Assembly (NCBI RefSeq): GCF_006345805.1 | Contig: NC_043006.1 | Coordinates: forward strand, 33,418,001-33,482,000 | Direction of reading: 5' to 3' | Origin: Octopus sinensis | Lineage: Eukaryota | Length of the DNA stretch: 64,000 nt | Shown here: positions 25,271 through 57,762 of the stretch, one piece after another | Numbering within the stretch: the stretch's first letter is position 1 | Layout: the number at the start of each line of letters is the position of its first letter | The notes under the pieces: model-generated | Told to the model about the DNA's origin: nothing | The model's database searches: none | The model's input: the letters and a program-made list of their open reading frames with translations, nothing else | Translations under genes and position numbers: made by a program

Positions 25271-28200
25271 CAAATCCAGATATCACATTTGCCAATAAGA
25301 ATAATAGTTTTTATCAGTACCAATTATATGAAGTAAGAAACATTCATTTATGTAGTTCATACCACACTGTCAGGTTATAAATTTGGTCTCATATTACAAT
25401 ACCACAGTACTGCTACCAGCATGAAACAAATCTGTTAAGTCGTCAACTTCGACAAATTTCATTGCTACTATTTTTGTGTAAATAATCTTTATGTGTTAAT
25501 TTGATTTGATGGAACACCTCCCCCCACATTTAAACAAATAACAAACTTAAAGCTGCAATAGACATTTGAGCAAAAATGTTTCTTCTGTTAGATTTTAACA
25601 TTTATCATCTGATGATTGAAATTAAGAAGCATTTAGAAGATGCTTTAATTGTTTTCCTCTACAAAAATATACCCTTTTGTTGACATATAAGAAGCAAAAA
25701 AAAAAAAAAAAAAGTCCACCCCCCAGGTCCTATAAAGTCGAACTTCCCATAAGTCTTAAAGCACTAAAAACTTTTTTGTCCAGAATACCTGCTACTGAAA
25801 TTGGGGTGTTTCTAATATGCCCATGTGTCTTTTGTGCCACAAAATGCAATACTTTTTCATATTATTCTTTTACATGTTAAACTTTCACAAACTATTTATA
25901 TGTTATTTTTTTTATGGTTTAGTAAGAAGCAGTGATACAGAATATTGGCTTACTTTCAAACCCAACACCTGATACCAAAGATGATGCTGAACTAAACAAT
26001 ACATTATGTCTACCACTCCAAAAGAGGTGCTTTATTTGACAGCTTATATCATACATCACCTTACAAGGTGCACTTAAATGTCAACAGGACCTTTCTAGAG
26101 AAAATTAAAAATGAACTTTCATTTGATATTCACAGTTCTCTCTATTGACAGGCCATTTTAACCTTTTTGCATTTAAACTGGCCAAAATATTCTGTCTTAT
26201 GTTCAAACTGGCCAGATATGGGCCCCTCTTACAATTACCATAGAATATCATTCTAAAAATTAACAGTTACTTCATAAAATTCTGAAAGCTATGAGAAAAT
26301 GCATGATTAATTCAAAATAACATGAATAAACAAGCATCACTTTGACAGTGTAATCTGAATGCTAAAAGATTAAAGTTTTGATGCGTCCATATCCATTATA
26401 GTAACACTTTAATCCTTTCCATACTATGTTTCAAGCTAAAATACATCACTGACACAATGTAGCTAAATTCTGAAATAAATGCCAATTAAAATGGTTTTAT
26501 AAGACAACTGTAATGTAAATTTATTGATATATTAAAGTGATGTTTACAAGAATTTTTTATGGAATTTTGTCTCAAAACTATGAATTACAGTTGAATATAG
26601 GTAAGATATAAAGTATATTTTGTTTAAATATTTCCCTATAAATTAAGTTAGTAGCCAATGCTACATCAAACTATATAGCTTAATAAATAACTGATAGCTT
26701 CAAGCTAATAAAATGTAGAGCTAGAAAACATCAGGTGTTCTCTATTTTCCTCTTATCTAGCACTACTATATAAGTACCGTTGTCTAAGAATCCATACATC
26801 AGAAAAAAATATACAGTCGTATATTTGTCAATAAAATGGGTATATATTAAGTATACAGTACTATAGATCCATTACAGATGATCTTACCAACTAGTTTCAC
26901 ACAGGATATTAGGTAATCAGATGATCCAATAACTGTGCTCGTCAGAGATGGTCAGTATGGAAACAATGACAACTAGTACTATTGATAACTTTATATAAAA
27001 ATAAATACTATCAGTATATATGGTTGCTTAAGAAAACAGCAATAACACTATAAAGCAGTTTTGTGAGAGAAATATTTGCAGTTCATTTTACAAACCACTG
27101 AAATAATTGAACTACTGCTTGCTTGCAACACAAACCCTGACCTAAAGTGCAAGTTAATTTTCTGGGCCATTTTGTTGGTTTCAAAAACTTCACCTTCTAA
27201 GCCACCAAATTAGTATTGTCAATCTGATGGGCCTCTACGATTTCAATCTGTCCAATTTCACTCACAGGGCTTGGGTTTAGGTGTGTGTAGGAGAGAAGGG
27301 GTTGGGGCTGGGAGTATATTTTGTATCTAAACAATGATGTGTGCCTAAGCAATGTAGTGTGTACACTGGAATGCGTGAAAGTTAAAATTTATAAAAAAAA
27401 AGAAAGAAAAAAAAGGCATTTAAGCATGATATTTCATGATTTGATTTCTAAAAATTTGTGCTGTTATAATATGTATTGAAACAAATTTTTAAGTGTTAGT
27501 TTTCTTAATAAAATTACTAATAAGGATGGTAAATTATAATTAAAAAAAAAAAAAAAAAACGCTTTCTTCTGTCTTTTCAAGCATAAGTACAGATGTTTTG
27601 AATTACAGTGTGAGTGTGTGTGTATGTGTGAATACACACACACCAGAGTGCTGAACCATTCATGATATGTACCACAAGACATAAAGTGGAACAGTTAAAC
27701 CAATCTGCCAAGGAAGTTTCTTTGTTTACTAAATCAAAATCGTTTCCAAGAATTCAATGGAAAAATAAAAGACATTGATGTTTTAGGAAGAATGTATTCC
27801 TAATTTGTAGGAAATGTCTATATTCTTAGCAGAATCAATCCCATGAAAGAATATAGACTCTGCTTAGATCTGAACTTAAGACACAGAGGGATGAAAGTAA
27901 ATCCAATAATAGTCTGGTACCATTTGTTTTGCTACTGCCTTTGACATCAGTTTAAAATCTTTAACAGAAGATTTAAGCAAATTCAGATTATATCACAGTT
28001 AGATTATTAGGTGATTAACAAACCAACAAAAACAAAAAAACTCAAATCATTTTATGAATTACAGGAGGTATTAAGCCTCAGCTTAAATATAGCCATGATG
28101 AAGACATTCCAGCCATGACCAACCTGTTTATGTTGTTTACTACTTCTAGTAAGACATTAACCAATTAGAAGACCTTCCTATGAAGATAGGATGGAATTTA

Positions 28201-29335
28201 AAGGAGATTTAGCTGCTATTTCTGGCAGGTTAAGTTGTTGCAGAGGAGTTACCTTGTTAAACCACAGAAGTTTGTCAGACTGGGTGTTTAAACCCAGTTC
28301 TTGTGGTGTCATCATACAAGATTTCAAATCTCCCCGAAAGGATGCTAGTCCACCCCAAGTCTGTTTTCCTGAAGGCCTGGAAGCTATAATAATCCAAGCA
28401 GGTAAACTTAGGTGAATATAATCAGTAGTCTTATCCACAGACACAGATATACAATACTTAATGATAGAAGAACTTGTGACCCATGGCTTAGTAGTCCCCT
28501 ACCTTATCCAGCTGATTATTTTTATGTGTAAAATTTGAAGTGAAATACATTAGTACTTGCTGCATGAGATAATCATATGTAAAACTTAGGACCAGGAAAG
28601 GAAATATTAAAAGTAAAAAAAAATGTTCATAAAATATCTAAGTCTGACGTAAATCTTGAGTAAATCAATTAGAATTGATAAATTATGTCTTCTGACAGTG
28701 TTCATTAACCTAATTTGTTAATTGAGCTTGGTTAAGTTAGTATTTTGTTACAAATAGAGACTGAATATAATTTTATTTCAAATTGTGGTTCTTAACAACA
28801 ATGTATTGACAACTTTAGCTGTGATAATAATTTATGTTATAATTATTATTGACATTTGAGATTAATAGATTACAGCCAACAAAAATACAAATGGCTAAAT
28901 TTAAATCCAGATAAGTTTGTTAAAATATCAAATACTTGGTTTCAATACCAGATATCTTTTCCATATTCAACACTAGTTTCTTACATTAATAATTAAAAAA
29001 AGACAAAGAAGACAATCTCTGTACAATTTCAATATGATGAAATTTTCCAAACACACATGCACACATACACAACAAATCACTCACAGTTTTTAAAGTATTC
29101 TTAAATGTAAGTTAGAGAATGTTAAAGATGTGAATCCCATAGTCAGTATTCTGTAATGGTGTCAATGAGTTGTTCCACTAACTATAAACGATGACTGTTT
29201 ATTTAAAATATGAAGGCACATGTACGTCAACTGGAAATTAATTGTAAACAATTGATTTTTATGTATTCAACACTGCATAACAGAAAAACTGAGTCTAAAA
29301 AGAAGTTTTATATAGATAAGGAGTATATGTATAAC

Positions 29336-29416
<81 letters not shown>

Positions 29417-30255
29417 GCATGTATGTATCTTTAAAAAGATACACAATAGAACCAATATTAAATGTATCACAATTTTGATTCATAATAAAGTAATATATAC
29501 TTATATATAGTAAAATTATGAAAAAAGATTAGCTATTGAAAAAAAATGTAAATTTTCAATTTACTCTTTACATGTTTTTAACATTGAAGTTTTTGGTACT
29601 GTCAGTTTATCTGAGAAGAATGTATTTCACAAGAATCTAGTTGTAGTTCTAAGACTTATTTATGATTTTAACTTTTATTCTGGATTTAAAAGAAATTCTA
29701 TAGAGAGCCATTTGTGCTGGTTTGTGGATTAAACATTCTGGTAGCAATACATTTTGTGGCATCAAGAGTGGCACAGAGTGGTAGTCGAGAATCATGTCAA
29801 GATTTTCTTGTTAACTGTGCAAAACATTAACTGTAAGTCAAATTGAAAGACAATTACAAGAAATCTTGTAGAAAAAGAGATAAAAGTGTCTCCAAGATTT
29901 GGAAAAAAAAAATTGTGCAACGACCCGATTGCTTAAATAGTTAAGCTAGGTGTAAGCTAGGCCACTACTGTTTGATAGGTAAACAGAATCCCTCAAAGAT
30001 GAGAGAAAGTGTACACAGGTTTTCTGGGATTGAGACAATATTAGTTACAATTTGACTGGGAACAGACAACAGTGAAATATAGCCAAGACCCAATCATTTC
30101 AACTTTGGTAAGTAAGCACTAGCAGACTTGTGTGCAAATCCTCAAAATCTCAGTTGTCCCCTTTTCCCACCATCTTTCTAGTAGAATACATGTTGCACTA
30201 GGATGGATGATGGTTAAAATGGATGGATTGATTAAAAGAAATGAATGTAGAGAAA
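23230..30255 (-). other. Putative long 3' UTR of AMPK-gamma
   Basis: Follows the stop codon. Largely unique AT-rich sequence with long U tracts on the transcript strand, few young SINEs, and several AATAAA signals (tttatt on +, e.g. near 29675, 26520, 24345, 23516, 23261). The end point is a guess. Confidence 0.4.
26158..26373 (+). mobile_element. TTAA-flanked MITE family 1, decayed copy
   Basis: Colinear with 733-950 (aaactggcc..aaatatt, ttcaaactggccagat, tgaatgctaaa). Confidence 0.7.
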
Positions 30256-48802
<18,547 letters not shown>

Positions 48803-49440
48803 CTGAAATAAAGAGAAAATATAGGTTACTTTAGAGAATCGATCATATGGATTAAGTTGCAAAGGGAAAAGGTAGCATTTAATTTTTAAGGAAGTAATCT
48901 TTTTATGTATCAACATCATCATCCTCATATAACATCTGTTTTCCATACTGGCATGGGTTGGATGGTTTGACAGGATCCAGCAGGCCTTGGGGCTGCTTCG
49001 AGTTTCAGTGACAGCTTTGGCATGATTTCTACAGCTGGCTGACCTTCTTAGTGCTTTACAGAGTGTACTGGGAGCTTTATCATTCCACTGGCACTAGTGA
49101 GATTGCCAAGTAAATTATAAGAAGAAAAAGAAAAAGCCCCCCACTACAAAGTGGAGGTGGGATAATTGAGAAGAGGAGGTGGTTTTATGTCAAGTGTTGA
49201 AAGGGAATAGAGGGACAAGTACAGGTGCAATAAAGAAACATGGCTACCTACCATTATATAAAGATGGGTGGGAATACATAATAGTTTAAAACAAACAATA
49301 ATATTGTTCATTTCACATAATCTTGATTTTAGTCAAAGATGAAGATTAATTTTAAGAATATTTATCTCCTAAATGCAAACCACACAACATTAATTAAAAC
49401 AGCACACCAAATCATTCTAATGCGATTTATTAGACCTTCG

Positions 49441-49661
49441 TTAACTCTTTAGCATTCAGATTACTCCGTCAAATCTAATATTTATTTACATTCTTTTAAT
49501 TAATCATGTATCATCATAGCTTTGAGATACTGATGATATGATTGTTTATTTTTAGAATGACACTATGGGGTAGATGTGAGAGGCTGGATCTGGCCAGTCT
49601 GAACATGAAACACAAAGAATCTTTTTGCCTGATATGGCTGGGTTAAATGCTAAAGGGTTAA
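49441..49661 (-). mobile_element. TTAA-flanked MITE family 1, reverse copy
   Basis: Ends ttaactctttagcattcag ... aatgctaaagggttaa. Confidence 0.75.
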
Positions 49662-51896
49662 AGTCATTTCTTTCACCCCACTTAATATTTCCCGATTCCA
49701 AAAACAAAATAAGTTAATATCTTATATTACTTGCACAATATAATCTAATATTAACAATAGTTAAAGTCTATTTAGAATAAATACACACCTAAAACAAAGC
49801 AATTTATACACAACAGAGGCCTGTGCTGGTAGCATGTAAAAAGAACCCAGCACACTCTTAAGTGGTTGGCATTAGGAAGGACAGCCATCTACAAAAACCA
49901 TGCCAGCATGGAAAGTGGACATTAAACAAGGATGATGAACAAAAGGTGTTTTACACAAAGATATTATGAGGTGGGGGTTTTTGATATATAAATATAAACA
50001 CTTTAAAACCAAAAGGCTTTGTAGCATAGAACCAGATGGTATCAGATGGGTTGTATCAAAAAGGGTTTCTGCTTCCCCCAGCTCAAATAAAACAACCACC
50101 ATAAATAATATACACACAAGAAAAGTGAATACTGAAAATAGAGTTAGCTTCACTAACCATCAACAATTTCAACTTCAGGCTTGATAGACTAAAACAGAGC
50201 AACATTTTCTTTTTTAGTCAATATTGGTCTGCATTGACCAAGGCTGTGTGGTTAAGAAGTTTACAGCCCAACAACATGGTTTTGGTCCAATTGTGTGGCA
50301 CCTTGGGCAAGTGTCCTACTCTAATTCCAAGCTGACCAAAGCCTTTGTAAGTGGATTTGGTAGATGGAAACTGAAAGAAGCCTGTTGTGTGCATGTGCAT
50401 ATATTCCTTTATTTGTTTCAGTCATTTGACTTTGGCCATGCTAGAGCACCGCCTTTAGTCAAACAAATCAACCCCAGGACTCATTCTTTGTAAGCCTAGT
50501 ACTTATCCTATCGGTCTGTTTTGCTGAACCACTAAGTTACGGGGAAGTAAACATACCAACATCGGTTGTCAAGTGATGATAGGGAACACAAACATACACG
50601 CACACACACGATGGGCTTCTTTCAGTTTCCATCTACCACTCACAAGGTTTTGGTTGGCCTGAGGCTATAGTAGAAGACACTGGTCCAAGGTGCCACGCAG
50701 TAGGTATGTCTGCTTGCGTGTGTTGTGCCTCCTTGTCTTGACATGGCATGATAATTGTAAACGAGTGTCACTGTCATACAGGGACATTTGCTTCCAATCT
50801 CCCATGAAAATACATCTAGTCAAGTGACAGCTAGTTGGTGACAGGGAATAGCATCTGGCCATAGAAAAATCTGCCTCAATGAATTGTTTGATCCATGCAA
50901 GCATGAGAAAATGAAAGTCAAAACAATGATGGTGATGATTACAACATCTGCACATAGTTAAACTCTCTTGTATGGATTAAGACTAATAAAAAACAAACAA
51001 AAAAATGGTAATTTAGAACTGTGTGCAAACTAACTTTGCTACAAGTAATATAACAAAGAACAATCAGTCTGTTACCAAAATAAAAGAGGAGGTGAATAAA
51101 TAGACAGAAACACTTTTAACAAACATGTGAGTTATTGTACTCTAGTTATATTCACAAGCGTATCAACCGTAGCCTATAAAAAAATAGTGACGTGAGAACA
51201 AGTGTAAACATTGGTGATGCTTAGTGAATGAAATATTTTGCTTCTATTAATAACCATTAACAATCACTTTAGAAGTGTATATGAAAGTAGTAGCTAGCAG
51301 TACAGTCTACATAATTAGGCACCAGAATTTAGAAGAGAAAATAGGATTTTATTTTTCAACCAGTTTGACTAATACAGAAGTAGGACTGAAATGGCATAAA
51401 AACTAAAGACTGGACCCTCATATTTCTGGATTAAGGTTATTATATTTTGGTGTGCATATATGACCAAAGATATCTATGTAGGTTATGTGGGTTTGGCATG
51501 AACACAGAGAAATGAAAATAAGTAGCACCAGGTTGAGTTCTAGATTTAACCAATTTTACTTTATTAAACCAATACCATGAGGTCAAACTTCAGATACTTG
51601 TTGCAATATGAATAAATATACAGTTCAACTTACAAAAATCTAAAGATTTTAATAAACAATACTTGATTAAAAAATGCAGTATATTGATTCACTACTGAAG
51701 AACATAGTTTGAACAAATCAAAAATATTTCAGTTTATAATCACAAATAAATGAATTCAGTTGGATTGCCTATGTTCAAGCCCATTGCAGGATGAAGATCT
51801 CAGCATGTTCTCTCTACCTTCTGATGTGAAGGCTGTGAATTAAAGCTTGACATTATACTAGTTTGCTGAGCCTACCTTGCCACACTGGCTCTTCAT

Positions 51897-52187
51897 CAGT
51901 GTTTCTCAAACTATCTGATGTGGCGTACAGGCAGCCCCACCCCCAATGCGCTAAGGACTGGTAATATTTCTTAGTAATATTAATTTATACCGGAAACAAT
52001 ATATATAATGAATATAATAAAAGTTGATAACTTTAAAAAAATCTTATGCTTATTTTGTAAACAAATAATACAATATTACATAAGCATTTTATAATGTTTC
52101 TTTCTTTTCTGGAAACTTGCCACGTACCAGCAGCTGATGGCTCACAGGCTGGCACCAGTCCGTGGACCACCACTTCAAGTAGCACTG
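51897..52187 (+). mobile_element. hAT-type MITE, sister of 31341-31582
   Basis: Shares ttctcaaactatctgatgtg, aacaatatatataatgaatataataaaagttga and cagctgatggctcacag. Confidence 0.8.
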
Positions 52188-52759
52188 CTCTACTTGGCTT
52201 GGTAGAAGGGTGCAGTTTTTATACTCTTACCCAGGAGTAGTTAAGTTGATTACATTGGCCCCAGTACTCAACTTGTACTTATTTTATCGACCTATATGAA
52301 TTTCATTTGTTGAATAGTATAATAAGCACCAAACACACAAGTTATCAACTGATAACTGATTTACTCACATAAGAAAAACCAACAGAAAATACATGCTAGT
52401 GTTTCTGTAAACCTTCACATGTATATACATCTTATATAAGTATATTGTATACTGAATAGCATAAACGCAGCAATATTAAACAGCTTATTGACTTTTAATA
52501 TTGGCACTGGGCCACAAATTTCAAAGGAAACATACTGTGAGTTTAATAAAGTATTTGATTAAGACATTGATACAGGAAGGAAGAAAAACAAAATCAAACC
52601 CGACAGAACTGAGACTGATTTTTTCTTTCTTTCTTTCTTTTTTTTTTTACTTGCTGGGTTTGAAATACCAGTGGGATTGTTACTTAGACCAGTGAGATTG
52701 TTAGCTTTGATGTTCTTAAACCATTGTAAATCAACACCTTCAGAAAAGATATGAATAGG

Positions 52760-53930
52760 AAGAGAATTCTAGAAGGATGATGTACTGGGAAGGAAGAACT
52801 GGTTGTAGTGATACGTGTAGGAGCTGAGCAGTTGGACATAACAAAGATCATGAGAGGAGGAGGGATATGTAGAATAGGAATGCTTGGGTGGAGGGGGCAG
52901 GAACTCAGTCAGCTCTGAGGGACAGAGGCCATTATAGTAGAAATGACAGTGAGAAGAACTGGTGCAGCTGTGAGCCAAAAAGATTGAATATGTCTGTTAC
53001 TTCATGCCAATCAGCCAGATGGTGCTTTTCTGGATTTGGTCTATGATGTCTGTGAATGCAGTAACAGCACTTCCCAGAGGTGAAAGCAATATTTCATTGT
53101 GTACCTCACCAGAGCTTTGAAGAGTATAAAAAATAGTTGTTGGCGACTTCTAGTTTTGAAGAGAAGGGACAAGCCCACCTATGTTGAGAATGGGTTCTCA
53201 TCAAGGGAGATCTTTGGAGATAGTGAGATCCAAGAATTGGAGGAATTTTGAAGGGTTTGAATGTTGTTCAGGATTAAGGTGTGTGTGTGTGTGATGATGT
53301 TTTCTTGATATTAGTGTTCATATTTTCTTGCTGTTGAAAGAGACTTGACTCCACTGGGTGATGCTTTGAGGTCACTGTTCATGGAGTCAGTGTAGATTTA
53401 GTATTTGGCACCTAGTAAACAAATGGACGCTGCATAATTAGGGAATGTTAAGGATGACTGAAGGATAGTCTCATCTGTGTGAGAGTGGATGTTGTTGGGT
53501 GTGGTGGCAAGTATGTAATTGATGTAAAGGAAGAGAGTGGGAGATAAAACCCAACTTTGAGCACATTGGAGTTGATAGAATGAGAGAACGGAGGAGCTCA
53601 GTCAACATACAAGGCCAGAGTGTGACCTGAAGAAAAAAAATGCTAGCTTAAGAGATGAGAGATGGGTGGGAACCATAGGGCCGGCAGTTTCAGTAGGAGA
53701 TATGCATGCCAGACACAGGTGAAAGTCTGCTGATGTTGAGGGAAAATAACATTGCTTTCAAATTTCTCCAAGAGTCCACAAAGGTGGGCAAGAGAGGATT
53801 GTAAGTGATAAGTGGATCTGGCTATATAGAAAGAATACTGGTGGTTATTAAGGAGGTGATAGAATGTGGGATGGAAGGAGTATATAAAAGAACATGAATG
53901 CTGTTGGTTGCTTCCTGATTCTGCCATCCC
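52760..53930 (-). mobile_element. CR1/Jockey-like LINE reverse transcriptase and C-terminal fragment
   Basis: Remnants QTFTCVWHAYLLLKLP (KAFDRVWH..LLSKL), QSWVLSPTLFLYINYILATTPNNIHSHTDET (PQGSVLSPTLF..YADD) and YYNGLCPSELTEFLPPP..YNQFFLPST. Confidence 0.8.
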
Positions 53931-56040
53931 TTAACCTTTCCAATAACAAGATATTGATAACTTTATGTATGCTATATAAAACAAATCTACTGAAGCAGCA
54001 GAATCACTAGAGCATTAGATAGAATGACTTGCAGTAATCATCCAGGCTCTTTGTATTCTGATGGCAATGCTTATGACAACAAATGCACAAAATTGTGTTG
54101 GCCCGTGACTTTTGTTTTGATAGTTTTGGTTGCAGGGAGAAGACACACTTGCATATATGGAAACCTTATAGTACATCTAAAAAAAAAAGAAAAAAAAAGA
54201 AAAAAGAAAGAAAAAAAGAAAACCCCCAGGGCTGTACCTTAGAGAACTTTCTAGATATTGATTCACAGTCATATGGAAACCGCAGAAATATATATTAATC
54301 ATAGTGAATATATTGATAACTGATAATCAATAAGATGATTTGATACACTGACAGATTTTCCAAACTAATAAAACAAATATTTCTATTAATATGGAAAAGA
54401 AAATATGTTAGTAAAGAAGCTTAGGAGATATAAACTTTTTTTACTGAACATAATCTTTTGAATATTTAGTTGCCAAATTTTTAATCCTTTGTTAGGAAAG
54501 ACCAGCTAATATTAAAAAATGAACTACCATTAAAATAACACTATATACTTAAGCTCTATAACTGGGCGCATGCATGAAATTAGCAATTTACAATTACTAA
54601 TAATAAATAAATGATAATGGATTTCACAAGCCTATTGTTGTCCACTTCAACACATGAACATCAACCACTACCAACATTTATGCTATTGTTCAACCTGTTA
54701 GGAACAGCAGCAAAAACTCCCTTGAATCACACCTATTTTAAAAACAAATCAAGGCATGAAGATCATAGGTTGGAGTAAGCCTTTATCACAGATTTTCTCA
54801 ATCAGGGCTAAACAACAAACAACACATGTATACAATGAAGATATACTCGAGGTAACATAGTTTAGTACATAAAAATAGATGAGTGGCTGTGTAAGAACTT
54901 TGCTTCCCAGCCGCATGGTTCAGTCTCACTGCATGGCACCTTGGGCAAGTGTCTTCTACTACAACCCCAAGCAGACCAAAGTCCTGTGAATGGATTTGGT
55001 AGATGGAAACTGAAAGAAGCCTATTGTATAGATGTGTGTGTTACATCCTCCTTGCCTTGACATCCTGTGATAGTTGTGAACGAGTGGTACCATCATGAAT
55101 GTGGTGTCCATTTCTAATCTTCTGTGACGTGTCTGGTTAAATGGAAATGACCGGCCATAAAAAAATCTGCCTCAACAAATTCCACCCAACCCATGTGAAC
55201 ATGGAAAAGTGGATGTTAAAACTGGCAATGATGATGATAGTGATGAAGGACATTGTTTAAAAGTGCAGTTTCTATAGGCAGACAGTGAACTTCAAGTTTT
55301 CAGAATCTACAAAGAACAAATAAATGAACTCCCATTTAAAGAATAGAATAGTTTAGCACTTCAGTATTTTGATTTCAATGCAGTTGTTGTTTAGCCCCAA
55401 AGTCAGACATGATTGGATAGGCCTATGACCAAAGCCAAGATAATTCCACTTAATTTTCAGACATAGTGCATGGAGAGCCACCATATTATCCCCAATTCTT
55501 TATTTTTAAGCCACAGGTCTCATAAAGCTGGTTACCTGGGTCCATGGTGTATAAATGATGAAGGTCACAACATTACCCCCTGAATGAGACACTGGTCCAT
55601 TGCTGGGATCAAGGCCAACAGTTTTGAGGAGGGATTATTAGCCCCAGTACTTTACTGGTACTTTATTTTATTGACCAGAAAATGTCTTGCAAGGTAGTTG
55701 GTAGCACTGTCAGTAGCTGGTGCCATGTAAAAAAGCACTGGAGATGGTACCATGTAAAAAGCACCCAGTACACTCTGTAAAGCGGCTGGCATTAGGAAGG
55801 GTATCCAGATGTAGAAACCATAACAAAACAGACACCTTGTATGGCTCTTGACCTTGCTGGCTCCAGTCAAACCATTCAACTCACACAAGCATGGAAAATG
55901 ATGATGATGAAGAAAGGCAAAGTAGACTATGGAAGTACTTGAACTCAGAATGTAAAGAGTCGGCAGAAATGCTGTACAGCATTTTACCCAACATACTAAT
56001 CATTTTGTCAGTTCACTGCCTTTATTATCCAATATATTTC

Positions 56041-56259
56041 TTAACCTATTAAGTCCCAGGGTACTTAAATTTCTGAGTTTTTACAGATGATTGAAAATAG
56101 GTTAAAATGAAAAAAAATTATCATTAAAACTCCTTTACTTTAAGTAGAAATGGAAATACTCAGTGTCCTATAAATAGGACACTGAGACAATGTGATATAG
56201 CTTATTTAATGTTCTCATTTAGTGTCCTATTTATAGGAAACTGGGACTTAATGGGTTAA
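56041..56259. mobile_element. piggyBac-type MITE, family 2
   Basis: 19-bp inverted termini ttaacctattaagtcccag / ctgggacttaatgggttaa (1 mismatch) including TTAA ends; internal 28-bp near-perfect palindrome. Confidence 0.8.
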
Positions 56260-57729
56260 AATAGCAGGTTAAGATTTGGCTGTTATTTTTAGCAAGTTGA
56301 GCAACCACATAGAAGTTCCAACCCTTAATTAAATGAACATGAGAAGGATTTAGAATCAACACCTAAAATTCATACACTAACAATAATAGGAAATCTAACC
56401 TTTCCATTTACTAACCAAATATTTCTATATATTTGTTGTGTACACTCCTATAAACCAATAAAGAAACAAATGCAATACTTGATTTTTTTACTTCTATTTC
56501 ATGGCAGGCTAGCAGTTAGACATTCATTGATGGAAGACAGCAATTTCCTATTCATAGGAAGAATATCAGGCAATGTGCCAGATACAGGTAAATGGAAGAT
56601 ATACATTTGTTTATAACTTGTAACTAAAATATCAATAAGCTATCGTCACAGTATTTAAGTCACTTGAGTCAACACAATACTAAGAAAACAAAACATCTCA
56701 ATAATGCTTGTTAAATTAATCATTTCTGATTAAGAGGGGGGGGGGAAAGATTGGCACCAAATATAAAATAAACCTATAATATTCTATGATTTATTTAAGT
56801 TATGGAGTCAGATCAGGGATAAAAGTACTGGAGTTCAAGCCTGTTAATTACTTCAGAGACATAGATATTATTTCACTGGTCCAACCCATGCCAGCATGGA
56901 AAGCAGATGTTGAGCAGTCACATTGGGGTCTCTACCACCTTCAAAAAATTTTAGCTGATGTTATTGACCCTACAACTCATTTCAATGTAGTACAAATTTT
57001 ATCAGTTGCTGTTTGCTGAACCACTAAATCAGAGATATAGAGGACAACACAAACAAAATTGGTTTTTAGACTAAAGTAAACAATGACACAAAGGGTGGAT
57101 GGACAGATGGACAGACACATACAATTCTTGCACAGTTTCCACATGCCAAATTCCACTAATAAGGCTATAGTAGAAGACAATTGTGCTAAAAGTGTCAAGC
57201 ACTGGGACCAAACCTAAAACTATGTGGCTTCAAGTGAAGTTCAATGCCAAATCTGCACCACATTATTCAGTTACTCATTAAAATTTGAGGTGCTTTCATG
57301 ACCTTCATACTGTGTGATTATATGTATAATTCAAATACTTCAAGAAAAAATAATGAAGCAACAATGATACACACACATATAAATAAATTATATATATTAG
57401 TAAGTCTATAATATACTAAAGTGGATTGTGAATGGATTTGGTGATCGGAAACTGAAAGAAGCCCATTGTGTATTAACAGGTATGTGTGTATGTCTTGTGT
57501 CTGATATTTGTCTCTCACTACTGCTTGACAACCAGTGTTGGCATGTTTACGTCCCCATAACTTAGTGGTTTGGCAAAAGAGACCAATAGAATAAGTACCA
57601 GGTTTAAAAAGAAAAAAAACAAAACAACATAAGTAGTGGGAGGTGGGGGGGTCGATTCATTTGACTAAAATTGAAGGGGGTGCCCCAGTATGGCCACAAT
57701 TTAATGACTGAAACAAGTAGGAGGTTATA

Positions 57730-57762
<33 letters not shown>

